A program made the translations under genes and the position numbers. A stretch of 57,600 bases of DNA from an uncultured bacterium (GTDB taxonomy: Bacteria; Bacillota_I; Bacilli_A; RF39; UBA660), in assembly GCA_900314465.1 (NCBI GenBank), contig OMVK01000017.1:1-57600 (forward strand). The letters run 5' to 3'. This document shows, piece after piece, positions 1 through 8,113 of this stretch (its first letter is position 1; every line of letters begins with the position of its first letter). Below the pieces are notes generated by a model, which was given only the letters and a program-made list of their open reading frames with translations, ran no database searches and was not told where the DNA came from.

Positions 1-163
1 ATAAATATATAAATACTAATACTAATAATATACCTCTTAATATACTACCAATATAACTTATATAATTATTATTACGTATACCATAACTTACTAATATATC
101 TATTAATGGACTAATAATAATAAATATATATAAATAATAATCTAATAAACTCTTTTTCTTCAT
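1..163 (-). CDS. Membrane protein, N-terminal fragment (gene runs off the left edge)
   Basis: Hand translation of the minus strand from ATG at 161-163 gives MKKKSLLDYYLYIFIIISPLIDILVSYGIRNNNYISYIGSILRGILLVLVFIYL with no stop down to position 2. 54 open codons in very AT-rich DNA, hydrophobic profile. Absent from the ORF track because it is truncated. Confidence 0.4.
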   Translation of the reverse strand, partial: MKKKSLLDYYLYIFIIISPLIDILVSYGIRNNNYISYIGSILRGILLVLVFIYL

Positions 164-208
164 AAAATCATTTCCGTATTAATATTTTAACATATATTAT
201 ATATTTTT

Positions 209-242
209 AAAAAGAAAAAGCAATAACACACAATTATTGCTT
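209..242 (-). terminator. Rho-independent terminator after the 89-aa ORF
   Basis: Inverted repeat aagcaataa (218-226) / ttattgctt (234-242) with a 7-nt loop. Followed on the minus strand by a U-rich run (plus-strand A-rich 209-217). Overlaps the stop codon at 241-243. Confidence 0.7.
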
Positions 243-510
243 AATATACTAAATCTAATAAATCTATATTATTTTCTATTTCATCAACATAATTAATACC
301 AATTTTATCTATTAGCTTATCTATTTTACTTTTAAAACTAATATTATCATCAATAAAAACTAATGCTTTTCTTTCAAATATATCAATAGTATCATCAAAT
401 CCTAAAATAGCAAAATACATTAAGTTCTTTATTACATCATGTTCATTTGTCTTTATATCTTTTAATACATCTATTCCATATAATTCATTTATTTTATTAA
501 AATCTATCAT
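241..510 (-). CDS. Hypothetical helical protein, translationally coupled to the upstream helical-repeat protein
   Basis: 89-aa ORF. Its ATG (508-510) overlaps the TGA (507-509) of the upstream ORF as ATGA. Blocks ILGFDDTIDIFERKALVF and IDKIGINYVDEI resemble the repeats of the partner. No family recognised. Confidence 0.55.
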   Translation of the reverse strand: MIDFNKINELYGIDVLKDIKTNEHDVIKNLMYFAILGFDDTIDIFERKALVFIDDNISFKSKIDKLIDKIGINYVDEIENNIDLLDLVY

Positions 511-1373
511 ATTCTTACTTCCTTTTTATTTTCATTTTGTTCTATTCTTTTTAAATAGTTCTTTTTTGACATTCCAAATATTGAATTAAATTTACCATTA
601 CTTGTTACAAGACTTTCACCAATTGAATTTATATATTCTGCTCTATCTTTTATTTCATCAAGTTTTAAAGATAATATGGAATAACTATTTTTTATATATT
701 CAAGTATTTTATGTTCTTCTAACCAATCAAAAACTTCTTTTAGATGTTCTTTGCTATATATAATTATTAATGGTTTTACATAGTCTAAACCATAATTATT
801 CTTTAAAAATTCAATTGAAGATTCTAATTGTTTGGCATGTTTTAAAAATACACTACCTGTTATTTCGATATTATTTTCTTTACATACTTCTATTATTCTT
901 TTTATTTCATCAATATTTAAATTAAAATTGTAAGCAGCGGACATAACTAAATCTTTATTATCTAATATTTTTTCAATTTCTTTTATTCGAGAAACACTTT
1001 GAGTTAATACACTTAAAGTTCTTCTAATTCTATCTATCCCATAGTTTTCTAATAAATACTCATATGTTTCTTTTAAAATATTTGGTTCAGTATTTAAAAC
1101 AGATAATGTATAATTAATATCTTCTTTATTAATATTATTATTTATTAAAAAATTATAATTTTCTTCGATACTATTTACATTAAAATACATTATACTAGGA
1201 CATTCCTCAATACTTTTTACTGGAACATGTTTTTCATTTATTAAATAATCTAATACTTTATTTATTTCCTCATATTCTCCATACGTTAATACTCTATCAT
1301 TATTAGTTATAACTTTTCTATAATCAACACCATATTTATTTAGTAATTCTTTTAGTGAATATGAACCTATCAT
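507..1373 (-). CDS. Helical-repeat protein, tentatively mTERF-like
   Basis: ORF track gives 507-1382. I prefer the ATG at 1371-1373 (GAAGGG 9 nt upstream). Recurrent 32-35 aa blocks: LLNKYGVDYRKVI, VPVKSIEECPSIMYF..FL, LLENYGIDRIRRTLSVL, LKNNYGLDYVKPLIIIY. The coding call is solid; the family call is tentative. Confidence 0.5.
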   Translation of the reverse strand: MIGSYSLKELLNKYGVDYRKVITNNDRVLTYGEYEEINKVLDYLINEKHVPVKSIEECPSIMYFNVNSIEENYNFLINNNINKEDINYTLSVLNTEPNILKETYEYLLENYGIDRIRRTLSVLTQSVSRIKEIEKILDNKDLVMSAAYNFNLNIDEIKRIIEVCKENNIEITGSVFLKHAKQLESSIEFLKNNYGLDYVKPLIIIYSKEHLKEVFDWLEEHKILEYIKNSYSILSLKLDEIKDRAEYINSIGESLVTSNGKFNSIFGMSKKNYLKRIEQNENKKEVRI

Positions 1374-1503
1374 TAGTATCATCCCTTCTTATTATTAATA
1401 CTTTCAAATTAATAATATAATATAAACAAAAAAACAACTATGTAATAACTTTCTCTTATTATAAGAGTATCAATTAGTAAATATATACAAAAAACAAGAT
1501 ATA

Positions 1504-2418
1504 TTATATCTTGCTTACATAATTTTTTATATAATTCATAACTTCTTTTGTCTCTTTAGTTAAATTACCAAGTTCTGCAGAAGCATGATAACTATCCTTT
1601 AATTTAATTAGTAACATATTCATATTATTATTCATATAATAATCATATAAATACATATTTTCACTATAAAATGTTTCTTCTTCACCAATAACAGATACTA
1701 TCGGAGGCATATTTTTATTTAAATATTTTAATGAATTAATAATAATACTATTCTTATCATAATTACCTACATATATATCTTTTAATCCTTTATATACTGT
1801 AGGTCTTACTATTTCATCATCAATAATATTTATCTTTTTAGTTTTACCTAATACATCTAATAAAGGACTATATAAGATTAAACATTTTGGCACCTTTAAA
1901 TGATTTTTTATTGCTCTTAAAGCTGTAACTAATGCAAGATTTCCACCAGCTGAAACACCAGAAATAATAATATCACTATTTGGATATAAATTAATAAGTC
2001 TCATGTATACTCTTAATACTTGGTCTGCTTGTTTAGGTGCCATTTCATCAGGTGCAAGTGTATAATCAACTGAGATAACACGTGATTTCAAGTTTTCTCC
2101 AATATATGCACAAAAGTTACGTGAAAGTTTAGCAGAACCTGTAACAAACCCACCACCATGAATAAATAAGATGATATCATCATTGTTTTTATTAAATGGT
2201 ATTATTTCTTCACAATTAACATTATCAAACTTACGTAATTTATAAATACTACCGGGTTTTAATAAAGGTAATTTTTCTGATACATTACTAGCTTTTCTAA
2301 CTAATGACCAATTAACTTTACTCATGTTTTCATCAAAAGTATACCTCTTTGCTATTAAATTATTTAATCTTTTAAAGTTTATAAATTCTTTTGATTTACA
2401 TTCGATTTCTTTAATCAT
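1504..2418 (-). CDS. Alpha/beta hydrolase fold-3 esterase/lipase (HSL-like)
   Basis: 304 aa. HGGGF oxyanion motif (FIHGGGFVTGS) and GxSxG nucleophile elbow (GVSAGGNLA). ATGA overlap with the upstream gene at 2415-2418. Confidence 0.85.
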   Translation of the reverse strand: MIKEIECKSKEFINFKRLNNLIAKRYTFDENMSKVNWSLVRKASNVSEKLPLLKPGSIYKLRKFDNVNCEEIIPFNKNNDDIILFIHGGGFVTGSAKLSRNFCAYIGENLKSRVISVDYTLAPDEMAPKQADQVLRVYMRLINLYPNSDIIISGVSAGGNLALVTALRAIKNHLKVPKCLILYSPLLDVLGKTKKINIIDDEIVRPTVYKGLKDIYVGNYDKNSIIINSLKYLNKNMPPIVSVIGEEETFYSENMYLYDYYMNNNMNMLLIKLKDSYHASAELGNLTKETKEVMNYIKNYVSKI

Positions 2419-3647
2419 TTTTTAAGTTCATATATAGCTCGAATAAGCCCTAACTTTCCATAATTATATGTAAGTGAACCTTGTTGATATGCGATAAATG
2501 GAGGTCTAATTGGTCCATCACACGAAAGTTCAATTGATGATCCTTGAGTAAAACAACCAGCTGCCATTATTACTTGATCTTTATATCCTGGCATATCCCA
2601 TGGAAGTGGTTTAGCATCACTATCAATTGGTGAACCAGCTTGAATACCTTGAACATATTTGATTAAATCATCTTTATTTCCAAATTCAATCTTTTGAACA
2701 ATATCACATCTATCTTCATTATATTTAGGACTAGTTTCATATCCTAATTTTTCAAGTACATATGATGTTAATATCGCAGTCTTTAAAGCACTACTTACAA
2801 CTGATGGCGCCATAAATAATCCTAAGTATAAAGACCTATTAACTCCAAGTGTAGGTCCAACTTCTCTTCCTTCACCAGGTAAAGTAAGTCTTTCACCAAC
2901 AAGTTCAATTAACTCATGCTTACCTACTACATAAGCACCATTTGGAGCAATACCTCCACCTAAATTTTTAATTAATGATCCAACACAAACATCAGCACCA
3001 ACTTGAATTGGATTTTTATATTCCGTAAATTCACAATAACAATTATCTACCATTATAATCGTATCTTTAGATACCTTTTTAATTAATTTAATAACTTTTT
3101 CTAATTTATCTATAGTTAAACTTTTTCTTGTTGAATATCCCATACTTCTTTGTATTTCAATTACTTTAACTTTATTATTTTTTAGATATTCTTCAATTTT
3201 CTTATAATCAAAGTCATTATCTATTAAATCTATTTGATCATATTTAATACCAAATGATTTTAATGAACTTTTATTTTCGTTAATACCTATTACTTCATGT
3301 AAAGTATCATATGGAAGTCCACTTATAGATAATAACAAGTCACCTGGTCTTAAAAGTGCAAATAATGTTACACATAAAGCATGTGAACCAGATACAAATT
3401 GATTTCTTACGATAGCATCTTCACTACCAAAAATATCTGCATAAACATGTTCTAAAGTATCTCTTCCATAGTCATTATAACCATAACCAGAAGTACTATT
3501 AAATACTCCTTCAGATACTTTATTCTTTTGTAGTGCATCTAATACTTTTTTACTATAAAATAATTCAATATCATTTATTTTTTTAAATTCACTAGTTAAC
3601 TCATGTTCACTATCATTAACTAATTTTAATACATCATCATATTTCAT
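2415..3647 (-). CDS. PLP-dependent enzyme of the YnbB / aluminium-resistance-protein (Met gamma-lyase-like) family
   Basis: 410 aa. N-terminal SGYGYNDYGRDTLEHVYADIFG and FVSGSHAL blocks are typical of this family as I remember it. Confidence 0.7.
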   Translation of the reverse strand: MKYDDVLKLVNDSEHELTSEFKKINDIELFYSKKVLDALQKNKVSEGVFNSTSGYGYNDYGRDTLEHVYADIFGSEDAIVRNQFVSGSHALCVTLFALLRPGDLLLSISGLPYDTLHEVIGINENKSSLKSFGIKYDQIDLIDNDFDYKKIEEYLKNNKVKVIEIQRSMGYSTRKSLTIDKLEKVIKLIKKVSKDTIIMVDNCYCEFTEYKNPIQVGADVCVGSLIKNLGGGIAPNGAYVVGKHELIELVGERLTLPGEGREVGPTLGVNRSLYLGLFMAPSVVSSALKTAILTSYVLEKLGYETSPKYNEDRCDIVQKIEFGNKDDLIKYVQGIQAGSPIDSDAKPLPWDMPGYKDQVIMAAGCFTQGSSIELSCDGPIRPPFIAYQQGSLTYNYGKLGLIRAIYELKK

Positions 3648-3648
3648 C

Positions 3649-4488
3649 TTAAGCTCCTAATACTAAATATTTAATAAAGAAATAAAGAAGTACAATTATA
3701 CCAAGTACTATACGATAATATCCAAATACTTTAAAATTATTCTTTTTAATATAATTAATTAAGAATTTAATAGCAAATATACTAACTATAAAAGCAACTA
3801 TTGAACCTACTAATAATACACTTAGTTCCATACTAGTAAATACAAATCCAACATTTTTAATATATTTTACTAATTTTAATAATGAAGCACCAAACATTAT
3901 TGGTATTGCAAGTATAAATGTAAAATCAGCAATAGTCTTTCTATCCATTCCTGAAAGTAGTCCACCAATAATCGTAGAACCACTTCTAGAAGTACCAGGT
4001 ATTAATGCAAGTACTTGAAACATACCAACCTTAAATGCTTGTTTATAAGTTATATCATTTAAACTTTTAGTATTTTTACTACCAATATTTTTATTTTCCA
4101 TAATTATAAAAATAATACCATATACGATTAAAGCAATAGATACAACTATTGAATTATATAAATATTTATCTAATAAATCATTAAATAAAACTCCAATAAC
4201 ACCTGCAGGTATACAAGCAATAATTATTTTAACCCATAATTTAAGTGTATCTTTAGTTTCTTTTTTACTTTTCTTAAATTCCCAAGGCCATAATGTTTTA
4301 AAATATAAAACAATAACAGCAAGTATCGCACCTAACTGAATAACAACTTCAAATAACTCATAAAATTCATGAGAAACATTTAAATGAATTAACTCATTTA
4401 ATAATATCATATGACCTGTAGATGATATAGGTAACCATTCAGTAATACCCTCTACTATACCAAATATAATAGCTTTAATTATTTCCAT
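3649..4488 (-). CDS. uppP: Undecaprenyl-diphosphate phosphatase
   Basis: ORF track start 4503 is TTG. ATG at 4486-4488 preferred (GGAG 9 nt upstream). GIVEGITEWLPISSTGH and PGTSRSGSTIIGG motifs of BacA/UppP. Multi-pass hydrophobic. Confidence 0.9.
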   Translation of the reverse strand: MEIIKAIIFGIVEGITEWLPISSTGHMILLNELIHLNVSHEFYELFEVVIQLGAILAVIVLYFKTLWPWEFKKSKKETKDTLKLWVKIIIACIPAGVIGVLFNDLLDKYLYNSIVVSIALIVYGIIFIIMENKNIGSKNTKSLNDITYKQAFKVGMFQVLALIPGTSRSGSTIIGGLLSGMDRKTIADFTFILAIPIMFGASLLKLVKYIKNVGFVFTSMELSVLLVGSIVAFIVSIFAIKFLINYIKKNNFKVFGYYRIVLGIIVLLYFFIKYLVLGA

Positions 4489-4586
4489 ATATTTCAACTC
4501 CAAACATAAATGATTATATATTAATTATATAAGTTTTACAATTAAATTCATATATGATATATTACTTTTTTGGAAGAAGAGTTTAT

Positions 4587-5459
4587 ATGAAACATAATAC
4601 AGATGTAATATCCTTAAATATATATAAAATAGCAAATAATAATTTTAGTAATAGATCTATTAATAACTCTCTTTATTATTTAATAAAAGAATATAATGCA
4701 TCTAAAGCAATAATTAAATGTAAAAATGATGATAATACATATAAAATAAAATATATGGTTGTAAATAATGATAGAAATAATAAAAATAATATATCTGAAA
4801 TAAATTTTAAAGTAGATAATAAAATATATACTTTATCAATATATGATTCAAATGGGATTACCGATAAAGCTTTATATGAATATGCTAATATATATAAAGA
4901 TTTAATAAATAATATTAATACTGTTGATAAATTAATTAATAAAGCTTATATAAGTGATATAGCTAATTTATATAATCGTCGATATTTAAATGATATTATT
5001 ATTCCAAATATTAATAATATGTCTAATAATTATATTAATAATAAGTTAGATGCTAGTGTATCATATGGTGATTTGTATAGACTTAAATATATTAATGATA
5101 ACTTAGGTCATGATACAGGTGATGAATATATATTAGGAATATCTGAGATATTAAAAAAACATTTTACTGATGAAAACGATTATGTAGTACATGTATCTGG
5201 AGATGAATTCGTTATAGTTTCTTTATTTAATGAATTAAAAGAAATAAATAACAGAATACAATTAATCGAAAATGATGTAATATCAACTATTAATTATAAA
5301 AATGATAATGAAAATATTAAAGGTTATATTAACTTTGGCACATCATTTAGAGAGTATGGACCAGTTAATTTAAAAAATATGATTAGTGAAGCAGATACTA
5401 TTATGAATAATAATAAAAGTGAATTTTATAATCAACAAAATACTATAAGAAGAAAATAG
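4587..5459 (+). CDS. GGDEF-domain protein (SGDEF variant), putative diguanylate cyclase with an uncharacterised N-terminal domain
   Basis: ATG at 4587 preceded by GGAAGAAGAG. C-terminal half has NRRYLND, YINDNLGHDTGDEYI and VHVSGDEFVIV (SGDEF at 5196-5210). No TM segment and no recognised sensor domain. Confidence 0.75.
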   Translation: MKHNTDVISLNIYKIANNNFSNRSINNSLYYLIKEYNASKAIIKCKNDDNTYKIKYMVVNNDRNNKNNISEINFKVDNKIYTLSIYDSNGITDKALYEYANIYKDLINNINTVDKLINKAYISDIANLYNRRYLNDIIIPNINNMSNNYINNKLDASVSYGDLYRLKYINDNLGHDTGDEYILGISEILKKHFTDENDYVVHVSGDEFVIVSLFNELKEINNRIQLIENDVISTINYKNDNENIKGYINFGTSFREYGPVNLKNMISEADTIMNNNKSEFYNQQNTIRRK

Positions 5460-5485
5460 GAAGTAATAAAAACTTCCTATTTGTG
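5458..5485 (+). terminator. Hairpin terminator after the GGDEF gene
   Basis: aggaagt (5458-5464) / acttcct (5472-5478) with a 7-nt loop, then atttgtg. Lies between convergent genes. Confidence 0.55.
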
Positions 5486-5515
5486 TGTGGTTAAGAAAAT
5501 TTGAGTACTATTATG

Positions 5516-5869
5516 TTATTCTGCAAGTTCTTCTTCATTATTGTTGTTGTCTTTTTTACTTGCCAAAAAAGAAACTTTATCAACTACAACTTCCGTTATA
5601 TATTTAGTTTCGCCATTATCTTCATATCTTCTAGTTTGAAGACGACCTCTTATGCCTACTAGATCTCCCTTTTTACAATATTCACTTGTTCTTAATGCTG
5701 TTATATTAAATAATTCACATTTAATATAATCAACTTCATAAATACCATCTTCATTCTTAAAACTTCTTTGAACAGCTAGATTAATAGATAGTGAATCTTG
5801 ATTGTTTTTACACTTTTTTAATTTAGGATCATCTGTAAGTCTACCAATTAAATATACAAGGTTATGCAT
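5516..5869 (-). CDS. ssb: Single-stranded DNA-binding protein, short form without the canonical acidic-tip motif
   Basis: ATG at 5867-5869 with GGAGG 6 nt upstream. MHNLVYLIGRLTDDPKLKK, OB-fold pattern ..GDLVGIRGRLQTRRYEDNGETKYITEVVVDKVSFL. Ends NNNNEEELAE rather than D-D-D-[IL]-P-F. Confidence 0.85.
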   Translation of the reverse strand: MHNLVYLIGRLTDDPKLKKCKNNQDSLSINLAVQRSFKNEDGIYEVDYIKCELFNITALRTSEYCKKGDLVGIRGRLQTRRYEDNGETKYITEVVVDKVSFLASKKDNNNNEEELAE

Positions 5870-5996
5870 GTTATTCCTCCTTTCGTATAAAGACACTAAC
5901 ATATTATATTTAATTTAAGCAAACTACAGATTTAATCAATAAAATAATTATTAATTATATATTTGTTAATAATAATATGCAAAAAATATATATTAA

Positions 5997-6034
5997 TTAA
6001 AAAAACATACTAATTAATTTATTTAGTATGTTTT
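5997..6034 (-). terminator. Rho-independent terminator after sufB
   Basis: Perfect 12-bp inverted repeat aaaacatactaa (6002-6013) / ttagtatgtttt (6023-6034), followed on the minus strand by a U-run (plus-strand A-run ending 6001). Confidence 0.75.
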
Positions 6035-7331
6035 AAATTTCTTTTAATAATCTATTTAATTCGATAGCATATTCAACAGGTAATTCCTTCTTAAAGTCAG
6101 ATAAGAATCCCATGATTAATAGTTCTTTTGCTTTACTTTCTGGTATTCCTTTAGATTCCAAATAAAATAATTTTTCTTCACTTAATCTTGAAACTGTAGC
6201 TTCATGTTCAAGTGTAGATTCATCGTTTAACATAACATTTTTTGGTATCGTATCACTTATACTTTTATCATCAAGCATGATTGTATCACACTTAATAGAT
6301 GCTTTTGAACCAAGTGCACTTTCACATATCTTAGTAGTACCACGGTAATTAGCTGTACCACCTTCCGAAGCTATTGATTTAGATATTATATTACTTCTTG
6401 TATTTTTACCAATATGAATCATTTTAGCACCAGCATCAAGTATTTGATTACTCTTAGCATAAGCAATAGATATTGAGTTACCTACTGAATTATCACCTTT
6501 TAAGATACATGATGGATATTTCATAGTAACTTTGGAACCAACATTACCATCAACCCACTCCATCAAAGCATTTTCATCACATATGGCTCTCTTAGTAACT
6601 AAATTATAAACATCTCTACTCCAATTTTGAATGGTTGAATATTTCATCTTAGCATTCTTTTTAACATATATCTCTACAACACCAGCATGTAAACTATTTT
6701 GTGAATGGCTCAAAGCAGTACATCCTTCGATATAAGATAGTTCACTATTTTCATCAACTATAATTATAGTTCTTTCAAACTGTCCTAGCGATACTGAATC
6801 TATTCTAAAATAACTTTGCAAAGGTCTATCTAATTTAGTATTCTTAGGTATATATATAAATGAACCACCACTCCATAAAGCGCCATTTAATGCTGTAAAC
6901 TTATTTTCATCATATTTAACTAAATGATTAAAATATTCTTGAAATAATTCAGGATGATCTCTTAAAGCATCATCACTAGATTCAAATATAACCCCTTTAT
7001 TTTTAAGTTCATCTCTTGAATTATGATAAATAACTTCTGATTCATATTGATTAGTAACACCATCAAGTTTATTTTTTTCAGCATCAACAACCCCAAGACT
7101 CTTAAATCTATTATAAATACCACAATTAACATTTTTCCAATCATCAGTATTATTACCAACTTTTTTATAATAATTAATTGAATCAAAATCAATATCTAAC
7201 TTAGGACCAAAACTAGGATTATCAAGTTCTAAAAACTTCTTATAAGAGTTTAATCTAAACTCAAGCATCCATTCAGGTTCACCTTTAGACTTAGATATTT
7301 TTCTAATTAAATCTTCACTTAATTTTTCCAT
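6033..7331 (-). CDS. sufB: Fe-S cluster assembly scaffold protein SufB
   Basis: 432 aa. N-terminal GEPEWMLEFRLNSYKKF and C-terminal LEHEATVSRLSEEKLFYLESKGIPESKAKELLIMGF are typical of SufB. No sufC/D/S/U adjacent. Confidence 0.8.
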   Translation of the reverse strand: MEKLSEDLIRKISKSKGEPEWMLEFRLNSYKKFLELDNPSFGPKLDIDFDSINYYKKVGNNTDDWKNVNCGIYNRFKSLGVVDAEKNKLDGVTNQYESEVIYHNSRDELKNKGVIFESSDDALRDHPELFQEYFNHLVKYDENKFTALNGALWSGGSFIYIPKNTKLDRPLQSYFRIDSVSLGQFERTIIIVDENSELSYIEGCTALSHSQNSLHAGVVEIYVKKNAKMKYSTIQNWSRDVYNLVTKRAICDENALMEWVDGNVGSKVTMKYPSCILKGDNSVGNSISIAYAKSNQILDAGAKMIHIGKNTRSNIISKSIASEGGTANYRGTTKICESALGSKASIKCDTIMLDDKSISDTIPKNVMLNDESTLEHEATVSRLSEEKLFYLESKGIPESKAKELLIMGFLSDFKKELPVEYAIELNRLLKEI

Positions 7332-7358
7332 AAATATCGCCTAGTTCATATTATATAA

Positions 7359-8006
7359 TTAATTACTAATTTTATCTATATTAAGTTTCTTAATATTATC
7401 AAGTACATATAATTTACAATAGTCTATAAATATAGATACACTATCAATATCAAATACATACAAATAATTATTAGTCATAGTACATATATAACCAAGTTTA
7501 TCAATCATAGTCTTAAAATATTCTTGTTTACACTCTTTAATATGACTTATCGGATATTCATAATTATTATAAAATATATCAAAGTTTAAATTATATTCAT
7601 CTATGATATTCCTATTTAAACTTGAATAATCATTATATATAACATTCCTAAATTCATCTTTAGTTAGTTTAACTATTTTATTATCTTTAGTTCTTATCAT
7701 CGTATTATAAAAAAAATTATCAGTAAATTCTGAATACCATAAATAATCTGTTAATAAGTGTACATAATAACCTAGTTCAAAGGGATTATTTAAATAATCA
7801 TGATATAAATCTAAAAAATAAGAAAAATTGGGTAAATCACCATCTAATAAACTAAAATGTGTAACTGATTTATTCAAACCAACTTGTTTTGCAACATCAG
7901 GTGCAATAGAGCCAAGTAAAAAATCACTTTTATCTTTATCACTTTTATAATTTAAATGTCTATAAACATCATTTGCTACTGCTAAATGTATTATTTCTGA
8001 TGCCAT
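7359..8006 (-). CDS. Putative metal-dependent hydrolase, zinc-dependent phospholipase C-like family (tentative)
   Basis: 215 aa. N-terminal IIHLAVANDVY..LLGSIAPDV and NNPFELGYYVHLLTDYLW blocks. Clear paralogue of the N-terminal half of the 33160-34416 product. Confidence 0.45.
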   Translation of the reverse strand: MASEIIHLAVANDVYRHLNYKSDKDKSDFLLGSIAPDVAKQVGLNKSVTHFSLLDGDLPNFSYFLDLYHDYLNNPFELGYYVHLLTDYLWYSEFTDNFFYNTMIRTKDNKIVKLTKDEFRNVIYNDYSSLNRNIIDEYNLNFDIFYNNYEYPISHIKECKQEYFKTMIDKLGYICTMTNNYLYVFDIDSVSIFIDYCKLYVLDNIKKLNIDKISN

Positions 8007-8113
8007 TTTTCTTTTTTCTTCTCTTTATCTTATTATTTTTTTTACTATTTTTATTTTCAAAAGGATGTTCATCAAATGAATAAAGCATATCTATATCAGC
8101 TTTAGTTAAAAAT

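Noticed and set aside
1-240. Extremely AT-rich left end with taatac/taataa iterations, considered as a replication origin, AT-rich repeat or mobile-element end.
   Set aside because: Positions 2-163 translate without stops into a hydrophobic N-terminus on the minus strand, and 209-242 is a terminator. There are no DnaA-box-like repeats or inverted terminal repeats.
5881-5892. TATACGAAA upstream of ssb resembling the streptococcal ComX cin-box (TACGAATA).
   Set aside because: It lies immediately adjacent to the RBS, too close to serve as a -10 element. The match is imperfect, and I found no similar box upstream of comEA, the prepilin gene or pilC.
6962-7192. 76-aa same-strand alternative-frame ORF inside sufB.
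   Set aside because: It is embedded in a conserved SufB coding frame. The Ile/Leu/Met-rich translation is typical of an off-frame reading of AT-rich coding DNA.
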